64,000 bases of DNA from Takakia lepidozioides (taxonomy: Eukaryota; Plantae; Bryophyta): NCBI GenBank assembly GCA_030704615.1, contig CM060733.1, positions 36,518,001-36,582,000 of the forward strand. The letters are read 5' to 3'. The notes beneath the pieces were generated by a model. The model was not told the DNA's origin. It made no database searches and worked only from the letters and a program-made list of their open reading frames with translations. Position 1 is the stretch's first letter. Each line of letters opens with the position of its first letter. Shown here one piece after another: positions 1 through 12,393 of the stretch. A program made the position numbers and the translations under genes.

Positions 1-290
1 GAAGCAGGTTGGATGTGTGCCTGACATGCGCTTTGTACATGACGTTGATGTCCAGGATCAAGGTGCAAAAGGTTTTTCTCGCTGCCAGCACATTGAGAAG
101 TAGCTGACCATGCACCACACCTTTGTGTGTCATCAAGAACCTTCAGGTGCCGTGACTGCCAAGTCATCTAAGAGACTATTGGGTGAGCGATTCGGGATTA
201 CTACTTTCGGAACAAGCAAACATCCATGCAGCAAACTCCTCACTTCAAACACTGGGGTGGAAGGTCGTAATTTGTTCTCTCTCAGACAGA
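1..290 (+). pseudogene. Degenerate DYW-domain remnant of a PLS-PPR gene (runs off the window's left edge)
   Basis: Frameshifted pieces read EAG..VPDMRFV.HDVD (1-50), VIKNLQV..RDC (about 128-160) and AN..HFK..G (about 230-260). They match the E+/DYW part of the intact PPR at 16950-17241. Confidence 0.65.
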
Positions 291-417
291 TTAACATTGA
301 AAGAATGTTGTGGCCACAGTTGAATTTGAACAAAAAAATCCCAAAATAATTATAGTAAGTGGTGTTTAGAAAAATTGATGCTGGTTTGATAACTAAGGGG
401 GAAAAAGCTTGGGTTAA

Positions 418-657
418 GATGCTGGATCTTATGTGCTCCTATGCAATATGTACGCTGCTGCTGGGAGGTGGGATGATCAAGCAAAGGTAAGAAAGATGAT
501 GGAGGATGCATGTGTGAGAAAGGAGCCATGGCACAGCTGCATTGAGGTGGAGAACCAGGTGCTTGTGTTCTGTGTAGATGACAAATCACATCCACAAATT
601 GAGAAAATACATGTTGAGCTGAGGAGATTGTCTTTGCATTTAAGGGAGGCTAGATAA
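418..657 (+). pseudogene. PPR E2/E+ fragment (pseudogene)
   Basis: [61 protein letters not shown] is closely similar to the intact gene's E2/PG-box region. It ends at a stop next to a LINE fragment. Confidence 0.85.
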
Positions 658-660
658 CCA

Positions 661-1010
661 TTATCTGTTACAATGTCCGGGGTATTCTGATCAGAGAGTG
701 ACCCTATTCAGGACCATCAGGTACATAGTCCCTACACCTCTGGTCACCAAATTTCAACATCTTGAGGCTGAACATAAAGCCTTGGTCCTGCTGGGGTCTA
801 ATTGTTGGGCAACTCGTAGCAGATTGATGTTTGTGTCAATAGGCTTTCTAGAGGAAATCTGGAGAGCCTGAATTAAATGTTTATATCAAGGTAAGTCCCA
901 CTACTGGAGTGTGAGACCCTCATAGACGTAGTGTCTGTTCCCTCTTGTTCAGCCCGAACTGGGCGCAAGGTCTATGGCCACATGGCTACGGAAAACGTCT
1001 TATGAGTACA
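661..1010 (+). mobile_element. 3'-terminal fragment of the LINE family at 19.5-24.4 kb
   Basis: Aligns to about 23990-24340 of the long copy and ends in the same terminus (ggctacgg.aaac..tcttatgagtaca). Confidence 0.85.
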
Positions 1011-1279
1011 TTATGCTTATGTGGTCAGGGGTGGGAGCTGATGAGGAAGGGTGGAAGTATTGCAAAATGAGCATTGTGGATTCTAAGCCCGAAAGTGGGA
1101 GCTAGCTCCAAGAGTAAGGGAGCTGCAGGTCTGAAGGCCAAAGGGGAGGGAGGCTCTTCCAAGGAAAAAGGTTCAGAGAATTAGGCTGGGTCTGGGATGC
1201 GTGGATGGACAGTTGCATGTACCTCTGAATGTGTCTGGAGACAAAGGCAGTGGATCTGCCAACATCCAGTCCAACCCCG

Positions 1280-1610
1280 TTAAACAGGAACGGGAAGAGG
1301 AGATTCTCAAGTACCTGAATATTAGGCAGGAGGAACTGGCCCTGCTAAGATGAAGCTGACTTGGAAGCTGACGTGTCCAAGGCCATGTAGGAAGCGCGCA
1401 ATCCAAACAAAAGTTAGGCATAAAACCCTGAACTCATTTCCAGTTTGTGACATGGGTGAGTGAAGGGTAGCCTTGGCACTACTGTAATTTTAACTCAGAG
1501 TGGGGAGTCTACTTTCGAACAATAAACGGATGCAGAGAGGAAAGGGAGATTGTCAATGCCCAGTGTGCAGACAGCTTGAAGACAATATCCATTTTCTGTT
1601 ACAATGTCCT
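1280..1610 (+). mobile_element. Diverged LINE fragment (C-terminal CCHC region)
   Basis: Similar to 23620-24005 (gagattctcaag, gttaggca, tgtgacatggg, cagagaggaaagggaga..tgcc). It is followed by a CT-rich tract. Confidence 0.75.
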
Positions 1611-2062
1611 CTCTCTTGTTTTTCCCATTTTGTCCCATAAGCTCTTGGAGCTTTCTGTGGACGTTACAAGTTCCATTTCATTTCATTCTCTTTCTTTTCC
1701 TGCAACGGGAGGACTGCCTATGCCCAGCTTGCACCAGGCGCAACCAGGAAATTGAAACTGAAGAACACTTCTTCTTTTAGTGCGCCCTCTGTATTATGAG
1801 ATATGTGGGAGATTCCACTATCTATTCTCTCACTAAAGTCTCCATTATGAGGATCAGAAATGCTTGGTAGCTTACCTGCACGAGCGAAGGTGTTAGCCAG
1901 CTATAAGCACAATCCCTTGCATTTTGGATGGTGTTTCTCTGAAATGATTTCTTGGTCAAACTTTCCCACCTTCTGCCAAGATTGCTGCAACAACGGAGGG
2001 CTTGTGCGAGCTCCTTTCCAGCTGGCTAATTGGTGGCAAGTTTTGAGAGTTTTCTATCACAT

Positions 2063-3185
2063 TGTCGTGCACCTAAGCATCGTGCCACAACATACATCGC
2101 TGTCCAACCACGCTTCCTAGCATATAGTCCTAGAAAGCCATGCCACAACGATACGGAAATGGTGAAAAGAGGAGAAACCACTCTATCACGTTATATAAGT
2201 CAAGTCAATGGCACCTTTGCTAAAGGACTCCACCATACAGACCTCATCCACTCTCCATCTCAAGTACTAGAGCTATGGCGGCGAGAGAAAGAGGCCTCGG
2301 GAGGCTCGGCTAGAAGAAGACAAGCCTGCCTACGTCTCACGTGGAGATAACCTCCCCACGTCCCAAGTGAGGTTCGCCACCTCACTTGGCACATGGACCC
2401 AAATGAAGTCCCAATGCCAACAAAACACAAATATAAATGTATAATGTCCTAATTAGCTAGAAATAACTATTTCTAACTAATCACAAACAAAACCATGACA
2501 GCTGTCATGCACCTAAGCATCGTGCCACAACATACATCGTTGTCCAACCACACTTCCTAGCATATAGTCCTAGAAAGCCACGCCACAACCGCCCCCCTAG
2601 CTGGTAATTAGGTCCCTCTAACACCGGATAGCTTGCAAGTATCCACCCCAATAAGATCATTGCTTGGTCTTCAATCGCACAAGTCCCACCACCTGAAGTC
2701 GATAGATCAAGAGGTTGGGTGCAAATGTAGCCTCATCATTAGTCGCCTTCATGCAATCCATGATCTTCAGTCGAGTATCCATGGCATTGAAGCCCCACTA
2801 GCTAGACCTTGGATCACTTGTCCGCCTCACCATTGTCATGCCCACTACCTCTGTCCAAGGCATCGTGGACACAACCATTCTCCAATAGGAACCTCCTCAA
2901 GTGGCGGTGTCAAACATCCCATGTGCCACCCCCTTGAGCATTCGTCATACACCAACATGGTTGCAGCACCACCAGCATGCCCACATAGCATGCAACGCAA
3001 CCCTGCGGGTACCACTGCAAGGTTGGGATCTATCCTCCTATCCACATGTGGAAGGTGATATGTCGCACAATTGCGCACATGGTCCTTCCATACCATGCCA
3101 TCTCAACCCTCCAGAATCAATACTCCTGAAGGCAACACCTCCCTGACCCTTAGAATCACACGTCCTGCTGTGACATCCAAGGTCG
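2063..3185 (-). mobile_element. Ty3/Gypsy LTR-retrotransposon 3' remnant: pol C-terminus with PHD finger, PPT and LTR
   Basis: The minus strand reads TLDVTAGRVILRVREVLPSGVLILEG*DG.VWKDHVRNC...C..C....Y..C..GWH..CL.PPL..VP.GEW.CP.C, a PHD-type finger. A purine tract (ctaggggggcgg) precedes a TG start at 2587. The putative LTR spans 2587 to 2063 and ends in CA. Confidence 0.75.
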
Positions 3186-3189
3186 TAGG

Positions 3190-3680
3190 CGCTAGGCCTC
3201 AGGAGGGCCTGGGCTTTTGGCTCAGCCTTCAGACTTTCAAAGTTGGTAAACAGAGGTACAGGCACAATTCCCTTGATAGATTTGAAGAGAGCATCTCTTT
3301 GGTGAGAGAACCCCGGACAGTGTATCAGAAAATGAGTATTGTCTTCAGATTGCCCACACAACGGGCAATTGCACTCTCCCTTTCCTCTCTGCTTCTGTTT
3401 GCTGTTCAAAGGTAGGCTTCTTGCCCTAAGTTTAAATTTCAGTCTAGTGCCGAGAGTGGGTAGACCCTTGAGGTCATCCAAGATGTCCTCCCCCATGTCA
3501 CGGACTGGAAACAAGTTCAGGGAAGTTTTCTGCCTAACTTCATTTTCATCAGACAATCTCATGGCAACAGCCTCTAAGTCAGATTTATCAACCCATATTG
3601 CAGATCCGTACTCCAAGGCAGGTCTAATAATGCGACAAAGCATGGTTTTCTTAACCTCAGAGTTGACCCCTCTGCAGAAA
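3190..3680 (-). mobile_element. Internally deleted LINE fragment, inverted
   Basis: The ORF 3038..3643 N-terminal part is nearly identical to the long copy (MLCRIIRPALEYGSAIWVD joined directly to KSDLEAVAMRLSDENEVRQK...CPLCGQSED..HFLIHC). Confidence 0.9.
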
Positions 3681-5609
3681 AAGTTAAAAAGAGAGAGGGA
3701 AGATATTCATGTCATGTCAAGACATGGACAAGACCAACTAGGGTCATTTGTCAATTAAAGACATAAACAGCCCATGACAGGGCACCATCTAAGATTTCCA
3801 TTCTTGTCATAGCACACCAAGTGACGCCACCCATTCAGTCATGATAAAACAGGGTGGGAGGGCGGGGTATGTTCATAATCAGATTCCTGTCATGTACCCA
3901 AGTGACCCTCTTGCACAATATAAGTCAGATTGCAGCCTCAGATTATATCATCCATAGTTATCCATAAGATATGCACCATGCAAGATATCATGGGCCACAT
4001 TACAGATCCAAGATATGTATACACAAGTACCTTGAGGTGATCCAAGACAAGCATTATGCAAGGTAGGTAAGAACAGTCTGCCCTACAACACATTCAGTGA
4101 GTGTTCACACCGGCAGCAGGAAGGACCAGCCTGCAATTAATTACACTTCTGGCCTGCCACCAAGTACACTTCTTGGGCATGGTAAGCCATATTGCCGCTT
4201 CACATTTGGCCAAATGTAAGCACCCCACAGCATGCATCGTGTAAGGCCTTCTGGGTATGTAAGAACAGTCTGTCATTGTATATATTCGAGACCTGTGCAC
4301 ATAGGACTCTTGCTGGCCCAGCCTGCAGTAAATCAGACTTCAAACATGCAACCAAGTGATCACTTTGGGCATGACAAGACTGACTGCGACTTCATTCTAC
4401 ATCATGTACACTTGCCCCAAGATATACATCATGTAAGGCGTTTTGGCATGGAAGAAAGATCTGCCCTGTCACAGCATCCACATCGAGACACACATACATT
4501 TTGAGTGCCCAAGACCAAGCCCACTTGGCCAAGCTAAATCATACAATGCAGATGGCTGTTCATATGGCAAAATAAAGTAAATAATCATTGGCTAGAGTCC
4601 TTTAGAGCTTACCGTCACTGTTTCACAGGAGGCTAATGCCATGTTTTGCAATTAGAACCTCACTATGCTACATTCCACAACAAATCCAGGTCTGAAAACG
4701 GCCTGTCACTGCCTTATCAAGCTGTCTTTTTTAACAAAACTCAGGTCTCCTCATCCTTAGAGCCAAACAGCCACTTATGACTTGTCCCTTAAACCATCAA
4801 TCCTTTTTTAAGGCCAAAAAAAGGGAAACCTAGTCTAAAAATCCACAGGCAAAGCTGTCAAAGATTCAAGACAATGTAGGATTCACATGCAGTGCTGCAT
4901 GAGACAAGGTTGCCAGGCCAAAGTGCTCCATCAACAGCAGCAAAAGATAAGTCAAAAGCAAGCATCATCATGTCAAACCGGGAGCAAGCGGGCCGAAATC
5001 GGGGCTGCAGGCAGCAGCAGTATGTTCCTTTTGCACACATCCTTATCTGCAAGCTCAAGAGAATTCAAAGTAGGTAGGGATCCTCACCTGGTCCCATCAC
5101 AAGCCCCCACAAAAACCAATGGGTTAGTGAGGATTGTGGAACCCCAGGTGAATCACAGACCCCTACACTTGTTATCGATGTCAACTAAGAACCCCAAGAG
5201 ACAAGAGAGAAAGATATGAAGTAAAAGGAACCCTAATCGCCAAAACACCTTGAGCGATTGGGGAAGGTAACACTGCGCCATCGCCACCAACACGCCACCT
5301 CCAGCACAGCTAAGGAGAAGCGAAGCATACAAATGCTAGGTCTAAGAAGGGAGAGGGAGCGATATACTTCCCCACTAAAGCGCCGCTGCGAAACATAAAA
5401 GCCAGAGGAGGGAAAGGGATGATGCCATCACAACAGGTTCTCCCGCCTGTGAGAAGAGACAAGACGCCGCCATTGCGCATCCCCAGGAGCTCGTCCGGCA
5501 TGAAGCAGCAAACAGAGTAGCAACAGGGCTCAGACGCCATAACTTGCGGGCTCAGTAGCACGATGAATGCAGCTGACAGCGGGAGAGACACCCTAGGGCA
5601 GAGCCCGAT

Positions 5610-6495
5610 TTTTCATCCATAGGATGAATAATCAATACCCTTTCTCTTAAGAACCCGACGGATGTCATCCGTTAGCTAGGTTTAAACAGTAGATTATAGG
5701 GTAGGAGTTAGGGTTTCACTCCTTAATTAGCAACAATTAAGGGTAATTAGAAAAATCTCCATGGCCAACATAAGCTGCTTTTTTCATCCGGTCCAGATGA
5801 AAAAATAAATAGGTTCATTTGTTTGGATGAGGTCCATCAGCAGGATGAAAAATTAGTATCCATCAGCAGGATGAAAAATTAATATCCATCATCCAGGGCA
5901 ACAATTTTTCATCCTAATAGATAATTCGTCATCCCTTAAGAGAAAGCCTCATCCAGTACGGAAAAAAAGCGTAAAAGGGGAAATAAAACGAATTCAAATC
6001 CTGGTATTTTTCATCCGGCATGGATGGAAAAATTATAGATAGGATGCCAGTGTCATAACCCTTATGGAGGTAATTCCTCATTCTCTGGTGACCCATCTGA
6101 TATAGATGAAAGTCAATAAAAGAGGAATGAAAAATTATAAGTCCTTTTTAAAGGTACTTTAGTGTCCACCCAGGTGATTCTTCCGGTATGGATAGTAAAC
6201 CTTTACAAGTCGGGTGAAAACACCTTTTAGAGTCCATCTGGTATAGATGGAAAATCATGAAAAAAACACTGATGCAACTGGCCAGTTCCGAGGAGGGAGA
6301 CAGAGGGAGAGAGGGGGCAACAAAGAAAAAACAAAAAGGTGGGGGGGGGGGAGTGACTGAGCAGTTGCTACTCAGTCACTCCCCCCCCCCCCCCCCCCCA
6401 CCTTCCTCTTTTTCTTTTTGTTTCCGGATCTCTCCCTCTCACTCCCTCTCTCTGTCCCTCTCTCTCCATCTCTCCCTCTCCCTCCCTCCCTCCCT

Positions 6496-6544
<49 letters not shown>

Positions 6545-6910
6545 CTTTCATGCTGCTCACAAAAAAAAAAAAAACCACAGAGGGAAAGAGGGGTAGAAAA
6601 AGTTAATAAAAGTTAATAGCCTTACCTCCATCTAGGTAATTCTATCATTCCTTTCCAGACCATCCGGTATAGATAACAAGAGTCAATAAAAGAGGAATGA
6701 AAAATTATCACCCTGGTAGTTTTTCATCCGGTACGAATGGAAAAACAGGATGCTGTTGGCAACCTCCATAGAGGTTATTCTTTTCTTCCATGGTGACTCA
6801 TCCGGTATGGATGAGAGTCAATAGAGGAGGAATGAAAAGGCCAAAAGAACCATCCTAGAGGTAATTCAGTGTCCATCCTGGTGGCTCATCCGGTATGGAT
6901 GAAAAAACCT
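5610..6910. repeat. Dispersed array of quasi-palindromic CATCC-n5-GGATG motifs (transposon subterminal-type repeats)
   Basis: More than ten variants of (TTTT)CATCCGGTATGGATG(AAAA), e.g. near 5785, 6013, 6094, 6235, 6661, 6725, 6798 and 6887. Confidence 0.7.
6290..6470. repeat. Foldback (long imperfect inverted repeat), copy 1
   Basis: GA-rich arm, poly-G, GAGTGACTGAG, a short loop, CTCAGTCACTC, poly-C, then a CT-rich arm. Confidence 0.8.
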
Positions 6911-7020
6911 GATAGAGGAACAAAAAATCCACACTGATAGCAAACTGCCAATTCCCAGTAGAGAGGGAGACAGAGGGAGAGAGGGGGCAACAATGAGAAA
7001 AAATGGGTTGGGGGGGGGGA

Positions 7021-7560
7021 GGTTAGATGGTGGGGTCAGCTGCAGCATATGTCCAACACCAGATATCCTAAGTTAATCGACTCTATATCTTGGAAACATG
7101 ACCGCCCACCGACCTGTCAAATAGGCTAAGTCCTGGTAGAAGACAATAGAAGAGATTCTCAAGGACCTGGACCTGGAACCGCAAGTCTTCACCCTGCTGG
7201 ATAAATCTGACTTAGAGGCTATAGTGTCCAACCATGTCTGTGGGCAACCTGAAGACATTATTCATTTTTTGATACACTGTCCGGGGTTTTCTCACCAAAG
7301 AGACGCTCTCTTCAAATCTATCAAGGGAATTGTGCATGTACCTCTGTTTACTAACTTTGAAAAAATCGAGGCTGAGCCAAAAGCCCAGCCCCTTCTGAGG
7401 CCTAGTTTTTTGGCAACTCACACACAACAGATTGATGCTTGTGTGAAGGGATTTGTAGAGGATATCTGGAAAACCCGGATTAATTCTATATGTGAAGGTA
7501 AGTCTTACTACCAACATCAGCCCCTGACAGAGGTAGGATCTGTCCCCTTTGTTTCCCCAA
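7021..7560 (+). mobile_element. LINE fragment (internally deleted C-terminal region)
   Basis: Aligns to about 23545-23740 and 23960-24280 of the long copy. Confidence 0.9.
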
Positions 7561-7750
7561 GAGAGGGGGCAACAAAGAAAAGAAAAGAATGTGGGGGGGG
7601 GGGGGGGGGGGTGAGCCGCAGCAGCTGCTCAGTCACTCCCCCCCCCCCCCCCCCCCCCACATTCTTTTCTTTTCTTTGTTGCCCCCTGATGTCTCCCTCT
7701 CACTCCCTCTCTCTGTCCCTCTCTGTCCCTCTCTCTCTCCCTCTCTCTCC
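7561..7750. repeat. Foldback element, copy 2
   Basis: Same arms and core as 6290-6470 (gagagggggcaacaaagaaaag ... ctcagtcactc ... ttttctttctttgttgccccct). Confidence 0.8.
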
Positions 7751-7774
7751 CTCTCTTCTGTGTTGCTCTCTTTT

Positions 7775-8215
7775 AAGCTCCCGACACCCTAAATTCAAGG
7801 TCAGATGGTGGGTTCAGCTGCAACATATGTCCAACACCAGATATCCTAAGTTAATCGACTCTATATCTTGGAAACAGGACCGCCTTGTCAAACAGGGTGA
7901 GCCCTGGGAGAAGAGAGTAAAAGAGATTCTCAAGGATCTGAATCTGGACCCGCAAGTCTTGACCTTGCTGGATAAACCTGACTTAGAGAGTGTAGTGTCC
8001 AAAGCCATGTCTGTTACCAAAAAATTGTCCGATGGAAATGAAGTTAGGAATAAAACTTCCCTGAACCTGTTTCCAGTCTGTGACATGGGGGAGGACATCA
8101 TGGATGCGCTCAAGGGTCTATCCCACTCTTGGCACCAGAACTAAATTTAAAGTCAGGGCAGGAAGACTGCCTTTGAACAGGAAACAGAAGCAGAGAGGAA
8201 AGGGAGAGTGCAATT
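7775..8215 (+). mobile_element. LINE fragment
   Basis: KFKVRWWVQLQHMSNTRYPKLIDSISWKQDR...NLFPVCDMGED aligns to about 23520-23955. Confidence 0.9.
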
Positions 8216-9393
8216 TCCCTGACGTACCTCTACTGCTGCTGGTGCTTGAAGCGAGCTGGCGCGGCGAGCTGCTGCGGTGCTGTCGCGGCTGCCAGCAGCG
8301 CGGGTCCCCGCTGCTCACTACGGCTCTATCTCTTTTCAGCTCATTAGGTCGCGCCTCTGCGCGGCGTTCCTACCACACAGGGGAGAGAGACATCAGCCCG
8401 TGCTTAGGGCAAGAAAGAAAGACAGAAAGTGAGGGAGGAGGCGGTGCTTACCTTGGGCATTGGAGCGGCGTTGGGGCGAACTCCTTGGGGCCTTGCGACC
8501 ACCTCGGGCTCAGCAGCAGGTGTGTTTCTCCTCCATCCTAAACCCCACTCTCTGAACTACCTCTCTCCCAAAGAAAAAAACAAAAACGGGAGGGGAAAGA
8601 GATGCTTGAAGCACTTAGGGAAAAAAAAAAGGCGCGGCGCCCACGTGCGACGCCCGGCCGTCGCACGCCTGCGCCCGCCCTTTTTTGAAATGTAAAAATG
8701 AATATTGCGACGGCTGGCCGTCGTTTCTTGCGACCCCTGGCCCCATAAATAAAAAAACACGTCGCCCCCGCGACGGCTGTCCGTCGCGGGGTGTGACCCC
8801 TAGTTAATAAATAAATAAATAACGCGTCGTCCAATGCGACGCCAGGGTGTCACAGGAGGCGACGGCCGGCCTTTCTGGATTTAGGGTTTAGGGCCTTTTG
8901 GGTTTCTTAGTTTTATTTTATTTATTTATTTATTTCCTATGGTACTTGGGTTAGGGTGTTTGCTTTTCTTTATGGTGCTGGGTTTTGGATTGGCGGTTTT
9001 GGTTGTGGGTCTTGGGGTTAAAATGATAAACGGTGTAATTAGGATTCACATACCCAAAATGTGGTTCAATCTGATAATCGCAAAGCGCTGGGTCTCAACA
9101 AATTTTTCCATAGTGTGAGCATCCTGAAGATAGAACGAGAAGAAGGATTTATTGTCTTGGGCTCTAGCACTATAGGGATGCTCTGCCTTTGGTTACCAAT
9201 TTTGAAAGCCCCGAGGCTGAGGCATAGGGTTTTTTTGCGGATGCGGCAAATGTGAGTGTTTTTCCCACCCATTTCATTAACATTCATTTAAGGTACATTT
9301 AGGTTTATCTAATAATATAGTATGATTGGTAAGCATACATGAATCAAAATTACAACATAAGTATTGATGCGTCGTTCACTATGCACATTGCAG

Positions 9394-10510
9394 CCACGAC
9401 TTGATGCCCAAGCTCGCAATCACATTGCACAGGAGGCATTTCGCGCCGGTCTACTTGCAGAATTTGTGCCAGAACATGTGCCCGATGTGACCAGTTGGTT
9501 CCCCCAGCAGCACGTAGATGAGATGCGTAGGGTCGAGGGGTATCGTAGGTGTCGTAGGCGTTATGGCCGGCGACGAGCAGCCCCCCCCCCCCCCCCCGGT
9601 CTGTTTCTTTGCCTGATCCACCTCCGGTTGTACCTGATCCGGACGTTGTACCCCCAACTGCACCTCCGACATTACATCCTCAACCACCTCCACTTTCATC
9701 TCCTCCGCCAGCAGTACCATCTCCACCTCCACCTCCACGTGCATGTGCCCCCCGAACCCCTAGGAGAGGTCGACTTCGCCCTAGGTTTCCTCCCCTTCGG
9801 CTTGGGCGGCCTGAGCCGGATCCTCGCCCCCGATGGGAAGCACATAGGACTATGTTACTGAGGACCGTCCAACCTCGTTGTTGGGGGAATCATCTCGACC
9901 CTCCCATCCCTATCCGAGAAAATGTGGAGTTCGAGTATTGGGGGAGATGGTATGTTGTGAGAGCCGCTACAGACTCTGCTATGGGTCGGGGTTTATTCAC
10001 GGTCAATGATATTGTGGTTCCTCCTCGGAGAAACAGCATGGTGGACTTATTTCCTACTACGGTCCATACTACACCTCCGCGGAGTTCCGTACATTACGCC
10101 TCGAAGCCCCATACATCCTACCCTATATTTTGTGTGTCAACGGACAGGATGTACGTAGACGGGGGTTGTCTCCCATTGAGATCAGATTTTGTGATAGTGA
10201 CCCCGATATCTTCGGCAATGTTGCTGGGCTGGTCAATAGTTCTTTTGGACATCCTATGAGAACCAATGTAGTATGGGACGAGCGAAGCGATGGGCATGAG
10301 AGCTTTTGTGGTCATACGTCAGTATACTGTGAGGGGATACACATGTTTGTGATAACATGTGCTAGTAGGACTCTTAGGGCTGGCAGCGAACTATTTGCAT
10401 CATACAAGTTCTCCCGGGATGATTGGGACCTCCGATTACAGCGTGAGTGGGATGTGTATGATAGAAATAGGGTTCATTTGAGACAGGGATCGCGCAGAGG
10501 GGCATTGTAG
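9394..10510 (+). pseudogene. Pro-rich linker plus SET-domain-like ORF, frameshifted
   Basis: Joining ORF 9609 to the frame of ORF 10130 across a 1-nt shift at about 10054 gives MGRGLFTVNDI....LFPYYGP...GNVAGLVNSS....TNVVW....VITCASRTLRAGSELFASY. This carries the SET motifs GxGLF, PYxG, NxAxxxN and AxRxIxAGxELxxxY. Confidence 0.65.
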
Positions 10511-11039
10511 ATATTCTCATGATGTACTTTGTATACATCCGATTAATCGATTGATGTAAATTTTTTTCTTGTTGCTTATGTGGGTTGCAACTTTGCATAT
10601 GTGATCTAAACATACTTACGCACATGTGGACCAAATATGAGTTTGAACCAAGTTGATTCAATGGGTCATTCTAGTGTTGAATGCAGCTACGTATCATAGA
10701 GACGGAAAATTGTGTTTCGCCTGCAGATGATTTTTTTTTTAATTTTTTTATTTGTTTTCCATTTTCAAGCCATATGCTTAATGATAGCATATGCAATGTG
10801 CGTGCAAAATTTGGGAGTAAACAAAAGTCGTTTGGACCCATAACCAGATTTTGTTATCTCATTTGCACTCTAAAGTTGAATTATCTTCAACTTTATGCAC
10901 GCTTCATAGAGAGTTAAGCAAAAGTGACCCTAGAAACACACTTATTTTTTTTCCATTTTTTTTTGTCCCATTTTTTGCATGGATGTAGTGGTGCAAAGCC
11001 CGATGTCACAGAACAAAATAGAGCTAAAAATAAAAGCAT

Positions 11040-11345
11040 TACGCCTGACGCCGTTGTTCAAGGAGAGGCGGTTTCAGATTTGGTGCAAGACATTGCAAGG
11101 GGTCCTTGTCAATTCGCGACCTCATACACGGCGGTTTGGGTTCACGGTCGTCATTTCCGCATTCGTGCTCTTGACATGAAGCGCAAAACAACCTTTGATT
11201 CTGGCTTGTGTGCCACATATTGGCAAGACTCCGTGTGGGGCAAGGGAGATACACGACCTGCTATGAGCAAACTTGAGTACATTGGAGAGCTTGAGAGCAT
11301 ACTCCAACTTCAGTATACAAGGTACCGGCCTCTTCTCTTATTATT
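11040..11345 (+). pseudogene. CACTA TnpD-associated DUF4216-like fragment
   Basis: VWVHGRHFRI..LD.KR.T.FDSGLCA...LEYIGELESILQLQY matches the G.xF.....D..R.T..SGV / Y.G.I..I..L.Y pattern. Confidence 0.7.
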
Positions 11346-12321
11346 CAGAAAAGTAATGACCTCAATGTCGAAGCAATAAAGAATTACGCGTTAGGGTTAT
11401 CCTCTAGAGGATATACCCTAATTACGTCCCTGTAGGTAATTTAAATGTATGTGAGCAACTTGTTCAAAAATTGTAAAAATCTAAATTTAGGTGCTGAACC
11501 TACTTTCTCTGCTATAATTAAATTTTCGGAGGCAATACGGTAGTAGCATATTTATTTTATTATTATTTAAAAAAAAACCATATCCGAGTTCATATTTCCA
11601 GGTTATTGACATTCAGATACCATGCTCATACCGGGATCGATTTTAAAAAAAAAACCACCTATGCAAACCAGATTCGTACTTGAAATTCAGGGGCTTCATT
11701 ATTGGAAAACCTACATGCCTTAAAAGGAAATAGCACTGCATACCAGGACCCCTCTGGTATTTCCAATTCAAGATACCAGACCAACACCGGTGTTAACCTT
11801 ACTTAACTGAGTGTTAAATGAGTGTGTCAGGAACTTTAGGGGCTGTTATTCATGGAGGTGATTTGTTAGTGGACAAAATGGATTACTCCTTATCTGATCC
11901 AACTAGTTTAGTGGTATATATTGAATGTAACAATTACAGAGGTGTTTTAACCAAAGAGGAGAGTAGGTATCAATAACAAATAACAAATAACACCTCTTTT
12001 TGTCATTAGTGTATATTTTTAGAGAGTAAGAAAATCATAACATTTATGATGATATAACAAAAAAATAGGTAACATTTATCCAGGGTCGACTGTAGCTCAT
12101 TTCCGGCTGTCTGGACTGAAGTTAGATCCACCCATAGTGAAGGTAATTAAAAAATGGCAGGACCTCAGTGTATCTCACGCCTTGGTCTAGAGGGTAACTA
12201 ACACAGATGTGACATGCATTGCTGTGTCCGTCTGCTGCAGCGGAAAGCGACCATCGCCTGGATTTCTCTATCGTCCCTTTTCGCTATAATTAAAAACAAA
12301 CCACAATGCTGTTATCGGTGC

Positions 12322-12393
12322 GGGCATTTGGTCTAGTGGTATGATTCTTGCTTCGGGTGCAAGAGGTCGCGAGTTCGATTCTCGCAATGCCCC
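12322..12393 (+). tRNA. tRNA-Pro (anticodon CGG)
   Basis: Acceptor stem GGGCATT/AATGCCC, D-arm TGGTCTAGTGGTATGA, anticodon stem CTTGC/GCAAG with loop TTCGGGT, T-arm GCGAG-TTCGATT-CTCGC. There is an AT-rich TATA-like element upstream and a T4 run at 12439. Confidence 0.97.

Larger units (their letters stand above)
8630..11345 (+). mobile_element. CACTA (En/Spm) transposon remnant
   Basis: A cluster of CGACG/CGTCG inverted motifs at 8640-8870 resembles the subterminal repeats of the CACTA at 56712-57941. A TnpD-associated DUF4216-like fragment lies at 11040-11345. No TIRs were found. Confidence 0.6.

Noticed and set aside
5610-6910. CRISPR-like repeat/spacer array
   Set aside because: Eukaryotic context, short degenerate repeats, irregular spacing and no cas genes; better explained as transposon subterminal repeats.
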